The notes under the pieces were generated by a model, which was given only the letters and a program-made list of their open reading frames with translations, made no database searches and had not been told where the DNA came from. From contig OZ245365.1 of NCBI GenBank assembly GCA_965226495.1, forward strand, positions 1,120,001-1,184,000: a DNA stretch of 64,000 nt, written 5' to 3'. The stretch is from Candidatus Marinacidobacterales bacterium (GTDB lineage: Bacteria > Acidobacteriota > Vicinamibacteria > Marinacidobacterales > DATDRI01). Each line of letters starts with the position of its first letter. Positions within the stretch are counted from its first letter, which is position 1. Both the position numbers and the translations under genes were made by a program. Below are positions 29,127 through 39,340 of the stretch, piece after piece.

Positions 29127-29948
29127 CTATTGGGTCGTGGCGGGCTTGGGGGCCTCGACGGTCACGCTCGCGAGAAGCCGGGTCGTGATCGGAGTTCCCT
29201 CGGGAAGGATCAACTCCTCCCCCCGGGTGGCCAAGACCGCTCCGGTACCCGCGCCCCCTCCTACCGCGGTGCCTATGGCGGCTCCTTTCTTGCCTCCAAC
29301 GATCGCGCCAACCAAAGCGCCTGCGCCCGCACCGATGCCAATCTTCGCTGCATCTTTCTTCTGAGTGGACCTCGCCTCTAGGCGAAGGGCTTCCGCCTCG
29401 ATCGAGATCTCTTCATCGTCGAAGGTAACAACACGATCGAACTCGAGAGTCAGCTCGGCGCGTCCCTTGACCTTGTCGGAACGCTTTGCATGTGCGACGT
29501 GCCCCAGGACCTGAGTGCCGGCCGGGAGCGCCGCCCGTCCTTCGACGGTGATGGCCTGGCTCGTGCGAGCCGTGAAGCGGTCGCCGGTTTTTGAATCCAC
29601 GCTCGAAATAGGGGTTTCGAGCTCCACGACGAGCTTCTCGCCGACAGGGATGGTTAGAAGGACGCGCGGCTCTCGACCAAGGAGTTCTGCCAGGAAGCCC
29701 ACGTTTTCGGTGATGACGGCGGAAGTCGTCCCCGGGTCAGAGTCATTATTAGTGGCTTCGTTGGCGGGAGTTCTCCCGGCCGTCATCCACAAGACACCGA
29801 CGGCCAGTATGGCCGCCGCTAGGGTGGCCGCGACACCCTTTCCAAAGCCGCCACCTCGTTTGGCGGCCGCCTGGAGGGACCCGCCGCAACTCGAGCAAAA
29901 AGCAGCCTTTTCTTCGGCAGACGCGCCGCACTGAGAACAGTACCTCAT
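29127..29948 (-). CDS. Zinc-ribbon + TM + TrbI/VirB10-like beta domain + glycine-zipper protein
   Basis: CSQCG...FCSSCG; ISSVDSKTGDRF...LPAGTQVLGHV; GAGAGALVGAIVGGKKGAAIG. Confidence 0.7.
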   Translation of the reverse strand: MRYCSQCGASAEEKAAFCSSCGGSLQAAAKRGGGFGKGVAATLAAAILAVGVLWMTAGRTPANEATNNDSDPGTTSAVITENVGFLAELLGREPRVLLTIPVGEKLVVELETPISSVDSKTGDRFTARTSQAITVEGRAALPAGTQVLGHVAHAKRSDKVKGRAELTLEFDRVVTFDDEEISIEAEALRLEARSTQKKDAAKIGIGAGAGALVGAIVGGKKGAAIGTAVGGGAGTGAVLATRGEELILPEGTPITTRLLASVTVEAPKPATTQ

Positions 29949-30124
29949 GGCGTTCCCCTTTTCCGTTGGATTGTTTGGATTTCTACCCAGTGTACGGGCC
30001 TCGACGGGGACCGTCAAACCAGCAGTCGGGCCGGGTTGATTTCGGTGTGGCCCAGCACTAATATTCCTGTCTGTCTAAGCCTCGAAAAAGTAGTGGGCTC
30101 CCCTCCGGAGTTGCAGGAGCGAGT

Positions 30125-31570
30125 TTGAACAGCTCGACCGGCGAGACACCCGCTCACAACTATTCACGCGTCGACGAGTTGTTGCAGGCGCGCGAAGCGC
30201 GTGTCCTCGCGTGGTCGCTTGTCGCAAGGCTCATCGCTTTTTCCATCGTGACCGTGTTTTCCCTCCTGCAACTTCTGGGCGTCGTCCGAGGTATCGTCGC
30301 CGACACCGACGCTGACGCGGTGATTGTATTGTTCCTGTCGATGGCGTGCGGCGCGGCGGTCGTCTACGGCCTCGTTCTCGCGCGGCGCGGAGAGCAGCTC
30401 CGCCGGGTCGGTTTGGGAGCGGTCTTCCTGGATCTCGCCTTCATGGCTTCCTTGCCGTTCATCTGGCTCCAGACGACCCCGACCTACGCATCGTTGGGAT
30501 TCCTGATGAAGGGTGAGCTATTCACCCTCGCCTCGACGATGCTCGTCGTCAACACTCTGACGCTCACGCCGCTGTACCCGGCACTGATCGCGGCCGGCTC
30601 CATCCTGATTCATGTTGCGATCATTGTCATCGTGACGTTGGATCCGCGGGTGGTTTTCGTTTCCGGATATATGGAGCACTTCTCGACCCCGGCGGTGAAC
30701 CCGGGGGTATTCAATCTCCGGATTCTCATTTTGGCGCTCGAGGGAGCGTTCCTCTGGTTGCTCGCCAAGACGGCGCGAAGAACGATTCGCGACGCGGTCG
30801 AGCTCGAGGTGTCGAACTTCGAGATCAAGGAACGGCAGGCCGAGCTCTTGATGGAAGGCAAGATGGCGGCCATGAGCGAACTTGTCGCTGGCGTGGCGCA
30901 CGAAGTGAACACGCCCCTCGGCGTCGTGAGAAGCAATCTCGATACCTCGGAAGCGGCGACCTCGAAGCTGGCGGAGGCTGTTCCTTCGGGAAACGCCGCG
31001 ATTGAGCGGATCGTTCAAGTGATGAAAGAAAACGGGCGGGTCGCTCGACAGGCTGTCGCACGCATTGCCAAGGTCGTGGGCTCGTTGAAGGATTTCGCAA
31101 GCCTCGACCAAGCGGAGCTGCAGCGAACGGACATTCGGGAGGGCCTCGATACGGCACTTGCCCTGATCGAGCCCAACAAGAAAGCCGGAATCTAGGTCGT
31201 CAAGGAGTATTCGGACGTTCCAGAGATTCTGTGCCGGCCGAAGGAGCTGAATCAAGTCTTCATGACGGTGCTGGTTAATGCTTTCGAAGCTATGGCGGGT
31301 GAGGGCACCCTCCGCGTCTTCACTTCACTGAGCGACAGTCAGATTTTGGTCAAGATAGCCGACACCGGCTCCGGGATCTCCTCGGACCAATTGGAGGGGC
31401 TCTTCGAAATCGGTTTCGGAGCCAGCAAAGGCCGGATCTCGATGGCGCTCGGCTTGCCGCTCGGCCGGCGGATTGTGGAGCGTCACGGCGGCACGCTGTC
31501 GGTCGAGAGCGAGCTGGGGAAGGGTGCCGTTTTTACGATCTCGCTTCCCACGGATGCCAAGCAGGCCTAG
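30125..31570 (+). pseudogene. Membrane sensor histidine kinase with in-frame TAG at 31193-31195
   Basis: H-box AGVAHEVNTPLG. Reading through the stop gives GI*VVKEYSDVPEILCRPKELNQVFMTVLVNA, then DTGSGI and VESELGKGAVF. Confidence 0.85.
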
Positions 31571-33144
31571 AAGTCCTTGCCCACGAGCGCCAGCGACTGG
31601 TGCATCGTTCGCTGCGGGTGTTTTTGCCGGAGCCGCGAATGAAAGAAGCGATTGAGCCCGGCGAGCACGTACTTCTTGTCGAGAGTCTCGCTCTGGAGCT
31701 CCTCGCGGAGTGCCCAAAAAGTCTTGAGCAAATGACTCGAGTAGATCGGAGGATCCAGTCCGTGATCGAGAACCGTGGCCTGGCATTCCTCGAGAAACGT
31801 CGATTCCTCCTCCACGAGCCATGGTGTCTCATCGATTTCGAGATCGACGAAGGGGCGAAGCCGCCCGACGAAACACCCCATTTGTAACAACGCCAGCTTC
31901 CAAAACTCGGGAAACTTTCCGCACTGTTTACGCGCTGCATTTGCGAAGGTGAGTGGGTGGGTACCGAAGAGCCAACCCGCATTCTTTGCCACCGGCTGCT
32001 GGGTGGTATCGTCGAACTTCGTGTCGTAGTGAAGCAGGTTCCGGGCGCAGGTCGTCAGCAACGTTTCGTAGAGAGCAGCAGGGACGGCTGCATCCCGCGC
32101 ACGCGACACGACCCATTCCAGGGTCTTGTTGACGGTCATGCCGTAAGGGGTAACGCCGTTCAAAATGCCGGTCCCGTGTTCTTCCGGATACAGCTCGATA
32201 TGTTGCTCTAGCTTCTGAAACTCCGGAAGCAGGTCCTCACGAGTGGCATAGATAATCGAGCGAACGAGATTCCTCGTCAGGAAAGGAAGGACCTCTGGGC
32301 CCAACCGCTCCGCCAAAGCCGCCACTTTGGAAACGTAGATCAGCGAATGCCCAAAGTCATTGAAGTGCGCCAGCGCGGCCCGTGTGAAGGCACGATCGAG
32401 ATCGCGGAACTCGATTCCGCTCGACAGGGCGCCGTTTAGGTACCGGATGGCCTCCTCCTCTTTCTCTTGTTCGATCGCGGTGACAAAGCCTTCCTCCGAA
32501 TAGGGCCGTTCCCCTGACGAATACGGGTAATCGCCTTGCCGGAGGCTGTCGTGGGCCATGTGATCGATGGCCTCCACGAGACACGTCAGCCGCTCTCCGG
32601 TCTTGCCCTCCAACTCGTCGTAGAGATCGATCCAATCTGCGGTAGCGGCGTACGCGTGGGTCATTCCGAACTCGTACTTTTCATGGGACCACTCGATAGC
32701 CTGTCGTACCGCGACTAGAGGGTCGACCCCGTGGAAATGAAGCTTGGCGATCTGTCGGCTGATCCGCCCGTAGTCTCGGTCGTCGAACGCGCCCTTGAGG
32801 GCCCGAATGATGTCTCGCTCGATCACCGACTGGGGAGGGTCGGTCAGATCGATCCACACCTGTCCCTCTTCCAGCTTCGTGGGGTAGCTACGGACGTTAT
32901 CCAGGCCGAGGAGGTTCTCCCCGGACTTCAGGTCGAACTTCCAGTTATGCCAGTTACAGGTCAGCACACAGTTCTCGTCGACCGCACCTTCCCGCAACGG
33001 GTAGCCCTCATGCGGACAGCGGTTATCGGTGGCGAAAATTTTGTCGTCAACCTCGAACACCGCGATCTGTTTCTTTCCGTCCCTGAGCAAAGAGGGGCCC
33101 TTCTGTCGAAGCTCGTCGATGGGCATCGCAACGGTCCAACTCAT
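31567..33144 (-). CDS. Rieske [2Fe-2S] (NirD-like) domain fused to a helical His-containing domain
   Basis: CPHEGYPL...CNWHNWKFDL; FGMTHA, HFNDFGHSLIY; GAGGAGA RBS before ATG 33144. Confidence 0.8.
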   Translation of the reverse strand: MSWTVAMPIDELRQKGPSLLRDGKKQIAVFEVDDKIFATDNRCPHEGYPLREGAVDENCVLTCNWHNWKFDLKSGENLLGLDNVRSYPTKLEEGQVWIDLTDPPQSVIERDIIRALKGAFDDRDYGRISRQIAKLHFHGVDPLVAVRQAIEWSHEKYEFGMTHAYAATADWIDLYDELEGKTGERLTCLVEAIDHMAHDSLRQGDYPYSSGERPYSEEGFVTAIEQEKEEEAIRYLNGALSSGIEFRDLDRAFTRAALAHFNDFGHSLIYVSKVAALAERLGPEVLPFLTRNLVRSIIYATREDLLPEFQKLEQHIELYPEEHGTGILNGVTPYGMTVNKTLEWVVSRARDAAVPAALYETLLTTCARNLLHYDTKFDDTTQQPVAKNAGWLFGTHPLTFANAARKQCGKFPEFWKLALLQMGCFVGRLRPFVDLEIDETPWLVEEESTFLEECQATVLDHGLDPPIYSSHLLKTFWALREELQSETLDKKYVLAGLNRFFHSRLRQKHPQRTMHQSLALVGKDF

Positions 33145-33319
33145 ATTGTCTCCTCGCAAGACTCCCTCTTCCTCAGGCATAGTTTAGTCGTGGCGCTTCG
33201 TTGTGTCCAAATGCGGGACGGGCTCTTGAGTAGACCTCCGTCTTCTCCCTAGACTAAAGCGAGCTTGGGCCCTTACCATGGCCCAGCACTCTTCAGGCGA
33301 AGGGTGCCTAGGAGGAGTA

Positions 33320-34402
33320 ATGACGCGACGGGGCCGGGGGATGACGATTTGCGGCTTGATAGGGATTCTGGCCGCCGCACTATTACTAGTTGACCAGGCG
33401 GCGGGGCAAACCGCCAGGTTTAAAGCCATTCTCGACGAGTATGCCGAGTTCGATGACGACGATTACGGGCTACTGCAGCGCGGAGGAGTGGTTGCCAAGA
33501 CGCTCCCTACCGACGAGAAACGGGAGGTCGTCGCTTTCACCGTCACTCGAGTCGCCATCCCTCCGGATTTCTACATGCGCCAATTCGAAGACATCGTCAA
33601 TTTCAAGAAGAGCGAAGCGGTTTCCGAAATCGGGGTCTTCAGCACGCCACCGCAGATCGAAGACCTGGCGGGGTTGACCTTTCCCCAGCAGGATCTCGAA
33701 GATCTCAAGAAGTGCAAGCCGGGCAATTGCAAAGTTAGGCTGTCCGACGAAGCTATGGAGCGCTTTCAAGGAAGCATCGACTGGTCGTCATCCGACGCCG
33801 ATGCGCGGGCGTTTCAGCTGGCGAAAGAGATGATGGTGGAGTACATCACGGCCTACCTCACCGGAGGCAACCAAGCCCTCGCGGAATACCACGACAAGAA
33901 GAGGGCGATACCTTTGAGGAAGGACTTCGAAGATATCCTCGACCAGTCGGCGCCGGTCGCCGCGGTAGCGCCTGAGCTTATTCAGTATCTGAGAGATTTT
34001 CCAAATGCCGAGCTCCCGGGCGCTAAGAATTTCGTCTATTGATCCAAGGAAAAGTTCGGATTGAAAGATGTTGTCAGCATCACGCACGTAACCATCTACC
34101 AGCGCACAATCGAGGGGCGGTTGCAAGCATTCATAGCGTCGAAGCAGGCGTACGCCAGTCACTACTTCGATTCGTCGCTCGGACTAACGGCCGCCGTGGA
34201 AGATGAGGATGCCGGGGGTGCGCCGACGAACTACCTCGTCTACTTGAACCGATCGCGGACCTTGGACCTCGCAGGGAGTTTTAGCGGGTTGCGGCGTCGA
34301 ATCGTTGAGGGCCGAACAAAAGATGGAATGGAGAAGAACATGGGGCTCATGAAGGCCCGCCTGAAGGCAGTGTACCAGGCGGAGGATTCCCCGTCACGGT
34401 AG
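33320..34402 (+). pseudogene. Exported hypothetical protein with in-frame TGA at 34040-34042
   Basis: Signal peptide. The frame continues FVY*SKEKFGLKDVVSITH...SKQAYASHYFDSSL...YLNRSR; the stop is probably TGG>TGA. Confidence 0.75.
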
Positions 34403-34415
34403 GGAGCGTGGCTCA

Positions 34416-34826
34416 ATGAGTGATACAAGGGAAATTCAGGCTGAGTGGTTGGCAGACTCTCGCTTTCGGATCGAATCCAGCCTAGGTGTCGAGGCGGTTT
34501 TCGATGGTGACCGAGAGGCCGGCCTTTCCCCCATGGAAAACTTGCTCGGCTCTCTCGCGACTTGCATGGGGATCGACGTCGCGATGATTCTTGAAAAGAT
34601 GCGGGCAGATCTGCGGGGTCTGAAGATAAGCATACGCGGCGAGCGCAATCCGCAGCCGCCGAAATTTTATCGAAAGATAGACTTTGAGTTCACGGTAACC
34701 GGTAACATTCCACAAGAGAAGGTCGAACGAGCGATCAGCCTGTCATTCGACAAGTATTGCAGTGTCTTTCACACGCTTCGCAAGGATCTCGTGGTCGACC
34801 ACAGGGTGGTCATCCAAGGAGGATGA
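34416..34826 (+). CDS. OsmC/Ohr family protein
   Basis: SPMENLLGSLATCMGIDV...KMR; AISLSFDKYCSV. Confidence 0.92.
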   Translation: MSDTREIQAEWLADSRFRIESSLGVEAVFDGDREAGLSPMENLLGSLATCMGIDVAMILEKMRADLRGLKISIRGERNPQPPKFYRKIDFEFTVTGNIPQEKVERAISLSFDKYCSVFHTLRKDLVVDHRVVIQGG

Positions 34827-34848
34827 CCGCCGTCACCGGCAGTTGGAA

Positions 34849-35274
34849 TCACGATAAAGATTTTTTCAATGCGTCGAGAAGGGCCATGTAGATCGGGTGG
34901 AGGAACTCCTCGGCGGCAGCATCGTTGCCGGTCCAGCTAGACGACCACTCGACGAAGGTCGCGTTGTCCGCGGTAGCGGGGGAGACTCGAATCACGCTAA
35001 TATACCCTTTGATCTCGTCCTGAGAGATGGGCGACGGCCCCTGGTCGATGCTGTAGCGGATCTTCCTGTCGATCTGGTTGACCTCGAGAAGGGTCTCGTG
35101 GAATGCATCGTTCAAGATGCGCTTGGCACCGGCCTGATTGCCTTGAGACTCTCCTACTTTCTCGCACTTGTCGATCACCCCGGCTGCCCAAGACATGTCA
35201 TGAAAGTCGGTCAGCTTCTCCCAAGCCTTCTCGACCGGTGCTTTGATGACGATGGATTGATAGGTCTTGCCCAT
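34849..35274 (-). CDS. SRPBCC/polyketide cyclase-like (MxaD-like) protein
   Basis: IKAPVEKAWEKLTDF, GAKRIL, ETLLEVN...IRYSI, TFVEWSSSW. Confidence 0.85.
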   Translation of the reverse strand: MGKTYQSIVIKAPVEKAWEKLTDFHDMSWAAGVIDKCEKVGESQGNQAGAKRILNDAFHETLLEVNQIDRKIRYSIDQGPSPISQDEIKGYISVIRVSPATADNATFVEWSSSWTGNDAAAEEFLHPIYMALLDALKKSLS

Positions 35275-35387
35275 ACCTAATATCTCCTTGTCTGGTCGTA
35301 TAGTTTTCTTTCTGTTCCGCTAGGCGATCTTAGCATCGCTGGATTTCGTTGGTGGATGCACCGTGGATTCGCTGTGCCTAACTCGAG

Positions 35388-36473
35388 CTAATCAGGCGGC
35401 GGCACATTTTCAACGTCGTGCTCCTGGACCCGGAAGACCCACGTTAGGGGGATCGAGTCTGGTCGATAGCAGATATTGTCGTCACAGGCTTGGTACTGAA
35501 ACGATCCTTCGAGGGTCAGAGTCTTGTCGTATAGGTGCTCGATGGCCTGATGAGGGCCGATGACCACGTCCCGCATGATGCGGAACCTGTCTTCGTAGAC
35601 CGGCACCGTCTCGTCGATGGCGGGGAGATGGAGCGTACGCGACTCCGGGTACTCCGGGTCAAAAGCCCACCATATCTCCGACTCCGGTATCTGCCACTCG
35701 ATGGGGATGTAGCCCTCGACGCCCGGCGCGTAGAGATGCATCTTAGGAGGGAGCTCGACGTCTAGTATGAGAGTCAAGCGATTTCCGGGTCGCACCACGT
35801 CGTCGCTTGCAGACGCCGTCAATTTCAACTGGTTGTTCGTTGCCTCGGTGGCGGTGTTCCCCGCGGGGTCTTCGAAATGACGCACCAGCACGTTGGACGC
35901 CGTATATCGCTCACGGTGGTCTATTTCGAAGAACTTAGCCTCGACGATCCCGTTTTCATCGATGATGAACATCCCGGGGAAGGGGAGGCCATAACTCTCG
36001 TGATCGGGAGCGTAGTTGGTATTCAATATCCCGAAGGCTCTGATGACTTCTGAGTCGGGATCGGACAGGAGGGGGTATGTGATTCCCTTGCGGTCGCCGA
36101 AGTGACGCAGGATCGCCACGCTATCGTACGTGAGCGCCGCGATGTTCAGGCCACGCTCGGCGAAGTCTTGCTTCTTCTCTTCCAGCTCCACGAGCTGGGT
36201 TTTGCAGTACGGTCACCAGTCGGCGGAGCGCACCACCAGGAAGACGAGGCCGGCGGGTCCCTTTAGGTTATCGAAGTTTCGAGTCTTGCGGCTCCGATCC
36301 ACAGCCTGGAAGTCGGGGATCTTGTCTCCAACCTCCGGACCCGTCGTGACCTCGCGGTCGTTCTTCGATAAAGGTATGAGCTCTGCCCGTCCCTGTCCCC
36401 AAGACAGAGGTGCGGTCGTCATTAACAACAGGGTCGCACCCGCCAGCCATCGGTCGAATCGCATCTCCAACAT
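35388..36473 (-). CDS. Selenoprotein: AhpC/TSA peroxiredoxin-like domain (UxxC) fused to a DsbD-N-like domain
   Basis: ORFs 36213..36473 and 35388..36191 are one frame joined by TGA at 36215-36213 in RSADW-U-PYCKTQL. Also GPEVGDKIPDF, YPLLSDPDSEVIRAFGI, YQACDDNICYRP and a signal peptide. Confidence 0.9.
36182..36198 (-). promoter_or_regulatory. Putative bacterial SECIS hairpin
   Basis: CCAGCTC-GTG-GAGCTGG 7-bp stem; the apical loop starts with G at nt +22 after the UGA. Confidence 0.75.
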
Positions 36474-36810
36474 CCCTTCGTCCTATATCGGATTTCGCTC
36501 CTTCCAACGCCAGACATTGTAAGAGTATAGCGCGGGGAGAGCGAACGGCTGAATCCAGGTGGACTGTCGATGAGTCGAAATCGACGTGGTATGGCAGGTA
36601 TACTAACTGGTCCCTCCCAATCTCCTCACAGGAGCACGGTGTCCCAAACTCGGCAACCTTGGCTATCTGGCCCCGTTCCTATTGTGGGGCTCGGGCGTAG
36701 CATACCTGGGCGTTTTCGCGCTCCTAGTGCTGACGGGGCCTTGGGTCCCTGGCACACTACCCGGGGGGACGATGATGTCGCTGGTCGTGCTCGTTTACGG
36801 CCGCTCCCGG

Positions 36811-38070
36811 CTAAGACTGAGATTCTCGCTCCGGGACGATCCACCTCCACTGCAACGCACCGAGAACCGCGACCAACGCACCTAGCGCCAGAGCCCACTG
36901 CCAGCCGAACACTGTGCCCACCCACGGCGTCACGACCGGTGCAGCCATCCCGCCCACATTCCCACCGGTGTTGAGTATTTCCTGCCGCAGTGGTTCCTTT
37001 CCGACCGCCGAGCTCGATAGCCGTGGTCCAAAAAGCCGCCTCCGCGGCGGTGACCGAGCCCAAGGCGAGACTGAACCAAAGGACGACCCAAATCGGGTCT
37101 TTTGCCAGGACGCCAACACCGAGCATGATCGCACCGGTGATCATTCCGGTGATGGGAACCGCGACCCGGCCTCGTCGGTGTCCCATGATCCGCTCGAGCC
37201 GATCGGTGATGAAACCACCCGACAACATTCCTGCTGCCATGGCGAGCCCGACGATGGTCGAGTAGAGCCGGCTCGTGTCGGATCCCAGGCCCAGTACGGA
37301 GCCGAAGTAATAGAGCATCCAGTAAAAGAACAGGTACTCGAAATAATTCACGGCGGCGTAAGAGAGCGTGAGCAGAGCGAGTCCTGGCTTTCGGATCAGC
37401 CGACTCCAGTCGGAACTCGTTTGGCCCCGTTCTGTCTTTTGCGTGGTTGCCGGTGATACGCGCCGCGCGGTAGGGGAATCTCCTGCCAGCGCAACCCAGA
37501 GTATTCCGAGACAAGCAGTCACTCCACCCGTAATCAAGAAGGCGGCGGGCCAATCCACCCAATCGATCAAAGCTCCGAAAACGTAGTACGTGCTCGCGAT
37601 GCCCAACGCCGCCGCGCTGACTGCCAAGCCATTCGCCGTGCCCCGTTGGCTCGTTGGGATCCAATTCGCAACCGTTCTGGCGCTCGACGGGTGAAGCGGC
37701 GCGTTCAAGCCACCCATGATGGAGCGAACGACTAGAAGCGAGATCCACATCTGACTGCCGGCCACGAGTCCCAATCCGAGCAATCCGGTCAGAGCTCCGA
37801 AAACGGCGGTGCCCAACGCCATCAGGCCGAGTGCCAACCAAACGCCGAATCTATCGGCGAAGATACCCGCTGGCGTCATGCACAGCGTGTAGGTGAATAG
37901 GAATGCGGAATAAACATACCCATTTGGGTAGGGGAGATGGCGAACTGATCCATGATCCGCTCGTCGCCGGCCACGGACATGCTCACTCGGTTGAGATGGC
38001 TGATGAAGGTGATCCCCATGAGCAGCGGGACGACGCGCCATCGGGTCCAGTCGTATTTCGTCGCGGCCAT
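36811..38070 (-). pseudogene. MFS transporter (ACS/D-galactonate-like) with two frameshifts (~37918 and ~36980)
   Basis: ISHLNRVSMSVA / YSAFLFTYTLCMTPAGIFADRFG...VANWIPTSQRGTANG / ILNTGGNVGG are spread over three ORF segments; both breaks sit in short homopolymers. Confidence 0.85.
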
Positions 38071-38144
38071 GGGCGGCAATCATAACCTCCGGCCGGGGAT
38101 TGACAAACCAGAGACGCCGACCAAGAATTGTCTCTTCTTCCTTT

Positions 38145-38180
38145 ACTCCCTCTCCCTTTGGGGAGAGGAGGGCGTCAGGG
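38145..38180. repeat. Short REP-like palindrome related to the family A core
   Basis: CCCTCTCCC-TTTG-GGGAGAGG hairpin. Confidence 0.65.
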
Positions 38181-38196
38181 ACCTGTGGAGACTTCA

Positions 38197-38760
38197 ATGA
38201 CGACAGTAAGCTTCGCCAAGATGGAAGATTGCACCGCCGAGGACATTGCTCTGATCGAGGGGGTCGAGAGCAAATTCGCGGCGGGAGTCGCGGACCGGGT
38301 GCTCGCTCACCTGAAGAGCTTGGAAGCCGAGCCGACGCCTCTTCAGGTCGACCGCCTCGAGCACTCTTTACAGACGGCGACCCGGGCTCAGCAGGACGGA
38401 GCCAATGAGGAGACGGTGGTAGCGGCCCTCCTGCACGACATCGGCGACATGCTCGCACCGTACAACCATTGCGAGCTCGCGGCAGCAATACTGAGACCTT
38501 ACGTATCCGAGAAAACATACTGGATCGTCAAGCACCACGGCATCTTCCAGGCGTATTACTACGCTCATTTGGAGAGCGGCGACCGCAACGCCCGCGAGCG
38601 CTACCGCGATCATCCCCACTACCAGGCCGCAGTGGATTTTTGCCACAAGTGGGACATGCCTGCCTTCGATCCAGCGTACGAAAGCCTGCCGTTAACGTTC
38701 TTCGAGCCCATGGTTCGGCGGCTCTTCGCTAGCGAGCCTCTCATGTACGACCGCAAGTAA
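38197..38760 (+). CDS. HD-domain metalloprotein (PhnZ/MIOX-like oxygenase or phosphohydrolase group)
   Basis: RLEHSLQTATRA, AALLHDIGD, YNHCE, VKHHGIFQ, WDMPAFDP. Confidence 0.8.
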   Translation: MTTVSFAKMEDCTAEDIALIEGVESKFAAGVADRVLAHLKSLEAEPTPLQVDRLEHSLQTATRAQQDGANEETVVAALLHDIGDMLAPYNHCELAAAILRPYVSEKTYWIVKHHGIFQAYYYAHLESGDRNARERYRDHPHYQAAVDFCHKWDMPAFDPAYESLPLTFFEPMVRRLFASEPLMYDRK

Positions 38761-38776
38761 ACGGAGGACGAGAGAA

Positions 38777-39313
38777 ATGGAGCGAGTAGTGCGCGTTCCT
38801 GTAAAGCGGTTGACGCCAGAGGCGGCCGAAGGTTTCGGCAAGGTCATCCGGAGTCTCGATGAGTTGGACCCCATCATTCGGAAGGGTGAGATGGTTAAGG
38901 AGCGGATGGAAGTGCGCCGCCAGGGAGACGAGCTTTACTTCAAGAACCACGCGGTGGATGACGAAGGGGTTGTCGCTAAGCTAGTGGACGGCGCAGCCCG
39001 CATCAGCTACGTCAATTTCCACGGGGACGCCACCCAGGCCTTTATCGGTGCCGATCGGAAACCGACCGTGTTCCTTCTGGCGAAACCCACCAAGAACCCG
39101 CGCCCAGAGGACTTCGTCGGGTTCTACTCCGATGGCTCGCTGGGGATGAGCATGTTCCCCGATGTTTGGCACACATCTCCTCTTCCAGTCGAGGGGAGTC
39201 AGGAGTACGAAAATACACAAGGGAACCAGTATCACCAGGCCACCGAGGGGCACGATTTTGGACCCGAAGGTGTCGTGCTCGAGGTCCCGCTCGAGGAGCC
39301 CCAGGAAGCGTAA
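38777..39313 (+). CDS. Ureidoglycolate lyase-like cupin
   Basis: LTPEAAEGFGKVI, HGDATQAF, DVWHTSPLP. Confidence 0.65.
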   Translation: MERVVRVPVKRLTPEAAEGFGKVIRSLDELDPIIRKGEMVKERMEVRRQGDELYFKNHAVDDEGVVAKLVDGAARISYVNFHGDATQAFIGADRKPTVFLLAKPTKNPRPEDFVGFYSDGSLGMSMFPDVWHTSPLPVEGSQEYENTQGNQYHQATEGHDFGPEGVVLEVPLEEPQEA

Positions 39314-39340
39314 TACACTTGGGTCACAAGGAGATTGGAC

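Noticed and set aside
29127-29948. VirB10-like domain as evidence of a conjugation system
   Set aside because: It is a solitary domain with a glycine zipper; no other T4SS, relaxase or integrase genes are present.
31193-31195. In-frame TAG as pyrrolysine
   Set aside because: Non-catalytic position in a histidine kinase, no pyl genes in the window, and TAG is used as a normal stop nearby.
34040-34042. In-frame TGA as a second selenocysteine or as genetic code 4/25
   Set aside because: No Cys-like redox context or clear SECIS-like hairpin; Trp is the likelier original residue; many genes in the window terminate at TGA.
36560-36885. Hydrophobic short ORF on the + strand (36682-36885)
   Set aside because: May be a membrane-protein remnant, but it has no clear start, RBS or recognisable family.
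36626-38518. 630-aa ORF as one real protein
   Set aside because: Only the middle is MFS-like; the ends are antisense to the HD gene or out of frame. The real gene is 38070-36811 with two frameshifts.
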